Source: Eledone cirrhosa (lineage: Eukaryota). From it: a stretch of DNA of 64,000 nucleotides. The position numbers were made by a program, and so were the translations under genes. Numbering within the stretch: position 1 is the first letter of the stretch; each line of letters begins with the position of its first letter. Shown here piece by piece: positions 60,801 to 64,000 of the stretch. Location: positions 131,936,001 through 132,000,000 of the forward strand of contig OZ024744.1 in assembly GCA_964016885.1 (NCBI GenBank). Direction: 5' to 3'. The notes below the pieces were generated by a model. It saw only the letters and a list, made by a program, of their open reading frames with translations, was not told where the DNA came from and did not search any database.

Positions 60801-62814
60801 AGTTAAGTTGGGGTTAAGTTAAGTTGGGGTTAAGTTAAGTTGGGGTTAAGTTAAGTTGGGGTTAAGTTAAGTTGGGTTTAAGTTAAGTTGGGGTTAAATT
60901 AAGTTGGGGTTAAATTAAAGTGGGGTTAAGTTAAGTTGGGGGTAATTTAAGTTGGGGGTAAGTTAAGTTGGTGTTAAGTTAAGTTGGGGTTAAGTTAAGT
61001 TGGGGTTAAGTTAAGTTGGGTTTAAGTTAAGTTGGGACTAAGTTAAGTTAGGGCTAAGTTCAGTTGGGGTAAAGTTAAGTTGGTTTAAGTTAAGTTGGGG
61101 TTAGGTTAAGTTGGGGATAAGTTAAGTTGGGGATAAGCTAAGTTGGGGTTAAGTTAAGTTGGGTTTAAGTTAAGTTGGGGTTAAGTTAAGTTAGGCTTAA
61201 CTTAAGTTGGGGTTAAGTTAAGTTGGGGGTAAATTAAGTTGGGGGTAAGTTAAGTTGGGGTTAAGTTAAGTTGGGGTTAAGTTAAGTGGTGGTTATGTTA
61301 AGTTGGGGTTAAGTTAAGTTGGGGTTAAATTAAGTTGGGGTTCAGTTATGTTGGGTGTAAGTTAAGTTGGGGTTGAGTGAAGTTGGGGTTAAGTTAAGTT
61401 GGGGTTAAGTTAAGTTAGGGTTAATTTAAGTTGGGGTTATGTTAAGTTGGGGTTAAGTTAAGTTGGGGTTAAGTAGAGTTGGGGTTAAGTTAAGTTGGGG
61501 TTAAGTTAAGTTGGTGTTAAGTTGGGGTTAAGTTAAGTTGGGGTTAAGTTAAGTTGGGGTTGAGTGAAGTTGGGGTTAAGTTAAGTTGGGGTTAAATTAA
61601 GTTGGGGTTAACTTAAGTTGGGTTTAAGTTAAGTTGCGGTTAAGTTAAGTTGGGGTTAAGTTAAGTTGGGGTTAAGTTAAGTCGGGGTTAAGTTAAGTTG
61701 GGGTTGAGTTAAGTTGGGGTTATTTTAAGTTGAGGTTATGTTAAGTTGGGGTTAATTTAAGTTGGGGTTAAGTTAAGTTGGGGTTAATTTAAGTTGGGGT
61801 TAAGTTCAGTTGGGGTTAATTTAAGTTGGGGTTAAGTTAAGTTGGGTTTAAGTTAAGTTGGGGTTAAGTTAAGTTGGGGTTAAGTTAAGTTGGGTTTAAG
61901 TTAAGTTGGGGCTAAGTTAAGTTGGGTCTAATTTGAGTTGGGGTTAAGTTAAGTTGGGGTTAAGTTAAGTTGAGGTTAAATTAAGTTGGGGTTAATTAAG
62001 TTGGGGTTAAGTTAAGTTGGGGTTAAGTTAAGTTGAGGTTAAGTTAACTTGGGGTTAAGTTAAGTTGGGGTTAAGTTAAGTTGGGGTTGAGTTAAGTTGG
62101 GGTTGAGTTAAGTTGGGGTTAAGTTAAGTTGGGGTTAAGTTAAGTTGGGGTTAAGTTAAGTTGGGGTTAATTTAAGTTCGGGTTAAGTTAAGTTCGGGGT
62201 AAGCTAAGTTGGGGTTAAGTTAAATCGGGTCTAAGTTAAGTGGGAGGTTAAGTTAAGTTGGGGTTGAGTTAAGTTGTGGTTAAGTTAACTTGGGGTTAAG
62301 TTAAGTTTGAGTTAAGTTGGGGTTAAGTTGGGGTTAAGTTAAGTTGGGGTTAAGTTACGTTGGGGTTAAGTTAAGTTGGGGTTAAGTTGAGGTTAAGTTA
62401 AGTTGTGGTTAAGTTAAGTTGGGGCTAAGTTAAGTTGGGGCTAAGTTAAGTTGGGGTTAAGTTAAGTTGGGGTTAATTTAAGTTGGGGTTAGGTTAAGTT
62501 GGGGATAATTTAAGTTGGGGATAAGTTAAGTTGGGGTTAAGTTAAGTTGGGTTTAAGTTAAGCTGGGGTTAAGTTAAGTTGGGGTTAAATTAAGTTGGGG
62601 TTAAGTTAAGTTTGGGTTAGGTTAAGTTGGGGATAAGTTAAGTTGGGGATAAGTTAAGTTGGGGTTAAGTTAAGTTGGGTTTAAGTTAAGTTGGGGTTAA
62701 GTTAAGTTGGGGTTAAGTTAAGTTGGGGTTAAGTTAAGTTGCGGTTAGTTAAGTTGAGTTTAAGTTAATTTAAGTTGGGGTTAAGTTAAGTTGGGGTTAG
62801 GTTAAGTTGGGGTT
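57878..62814 (+). repeat. 16-bp satellite array, G-rich on +
   Basis: Monomer periodicity between islands. Confidence 0.97.
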
Positions 62815-63045
62815 AACACCAACTTAACTTAACCCCAACTTAACATAACCCCAACTTCACTCAACCCCAACTTAACTTAACCCCAACTTCACTCAACCCC
62901 AACTTAACTCAACCCCAACTTAACTTAACCCCAACTTAACTTAACCCCAACTTAACTTAACCCTAACTTAACTTAACCCCGACTTAACGTAAGCCCGACT
63001 TAACTTAACCCCAACTTAACTTACCCCCAACTTAACTTAACCCCA
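62815..63045 (-). repeat. Inverted island, 231 bp
   Basis: GGGGTT|AACACC at 62809-62820; two CTTCACTC variants; ends at CCCCAAAGTCGGAG (63041-63054). Confidence 0.96.
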
Positions 63046-63859
63046 AAGTCGGAGTTAAGTTGGGGTTAAGTTAAGTGGTGGTTATGTTAAGTTGGGGTTA
63101 AGTTAAGTTGGGGTTAAATTAAGTTGGGGTTAAGTTAAGTTGGGTGTAAGTTAAGTTGGGGTTGAGTGAAGTTGGGGTTCAGTTAAGTTGGGGTTAAGTA
63201 GAGTTGGGGTAAGTTAAGTTGGGGTTAAGTTAAGTTGGTGTTAAGTTGGGGTTAAGTTAAGTTGGGGTTAAGTTAAGTTGGGGTTGAGTGAAGTTGGGGT
63301 TAAGTTAAGTTGGGGTTAAATTAAGTTGGGGTTAACTTAAGTTGGGTTTAAGTTAAGTTGCGGTTAAGTTAAGTTGGGGTTAAGTTAAGTTGGGGTTAAG
63401 TTAAGTCGGGGTTAAGTGAAGTTGGGGTTGAGTTAAGTTGGGGTTATTTTAAGTTGAGGTTATGTTAAGTTGGGGTTAATTTAAGTTGGGGTTAAGTTAA
63501 GTTGGGGTTAATTTAAGTTGGGGTTAAGTTCAGTTGGGGTTAATTTAAGTTGGGGTTAAGTTAAGTTGGGTTTAAGTTAAGTTGGGGTTAAGTTAAGTTG
63601 GGGTTAAGTTAAGTTGAGTTTAAGTTAAGTTGGGGCTAAGTTAAGTTGGGTCTAATTTGAGTTGGGGTTAAGTTAAGTTGGGGTTAAGTTAAGTTGAGGT
63701 TAAATTAAGTTGGGGTTAATTAAGTTGGGGTTAAGTTAAGTTGGGGTTAAGTTAAGTTGAGGTTAAGTTAACTTGGGGTTAAGTTAAGTTGGGGTTAAGT
63801 TAAGTTGGGGTTGAGTTAAGTTGGGGTTAAGTTAAGTTGGGGTTAGTTTAAGTGGGGTT
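63046..63859 (+). repeat. 16-bp satellite array, G-rich on +
   Basis: Monomer periodicity; homologous to about 61270-62100. Confidence 0.96.
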
Positions 63860-64000
63860 AACCCCAACTTAACTTAACCCCAACTTAACTTAACCCCAAC
63901 TTCACTCAACCCCAACTTAACTTAACCCCAACTTCACTCAACCCCAACTTAACTCAACCCCAACTTAACTTAACCCTAACTTAACTTAACCCCGACTTAA
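63860..64000 (-). repeat. Inverted island truncated by the window end
   Basis: GGGGTT|AACCCC at 63854-63865, followed by CTTCACTC x2, CCCTAAC and CCCCGAC as in the other islands. Confidence 0.9.

Noticed and set aside
1-64000. Repetitive protein-coding gene or recoded stop codons
   Set aside because: A 16-bp period with two TTAA per monomer puts TAA in all six frames about every 48 bp or less. Frequent 11/15/17-bp monomers and strand flips show no frame conservation.
1-64000. CRISPR array
   Set aside because: There are no unique spacers, leader or cas genes; the monomers abut directly.

Overview
The whole window is one non-coding tandem satellite array with a 16-bp consensus monomer, TTGGGGTTAAGTTAAG (TTGGGG plus two TTAAG). 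Common variants are 11-bp monomers, 15/17-bp monomers and single substitutions. I found no gene, RNA gene or transposase; both supplied ORFs only read through a 200-N assembly gap (51343-51542). The array has internal structure. (1) It changes strand 11 times: G-rich 1-28580, C-rich 28581-52062 (with one 173-bp G-rich island and the gap), then G-rich 52063-63859 with short C-rich islands. (2) The short inverted islands are copies of one cassette with stereotyped junctions (GGGGTT|AACCCC at one end, CCCCAAA[G/A]TCGGAG at the other). It occurs about six times, once in mirror orientation, and two matching island-less sites lack 386 bp. (3) Diagnostic variants define nested higher-order repeats with offsets of about 155, 225, 1724, 1960, 2205, 2740-2990, 2927-2959, 3550, 4053, 4741 and 10675 bp. 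(4) The apparently divergent tract at about 49500-50330 is most likely a deletion-rich sequencing-error copy of 38825-39720. All coordinates and offsets were read by eye and may be off by a few bases; the organism cannot be determined from the sequence.
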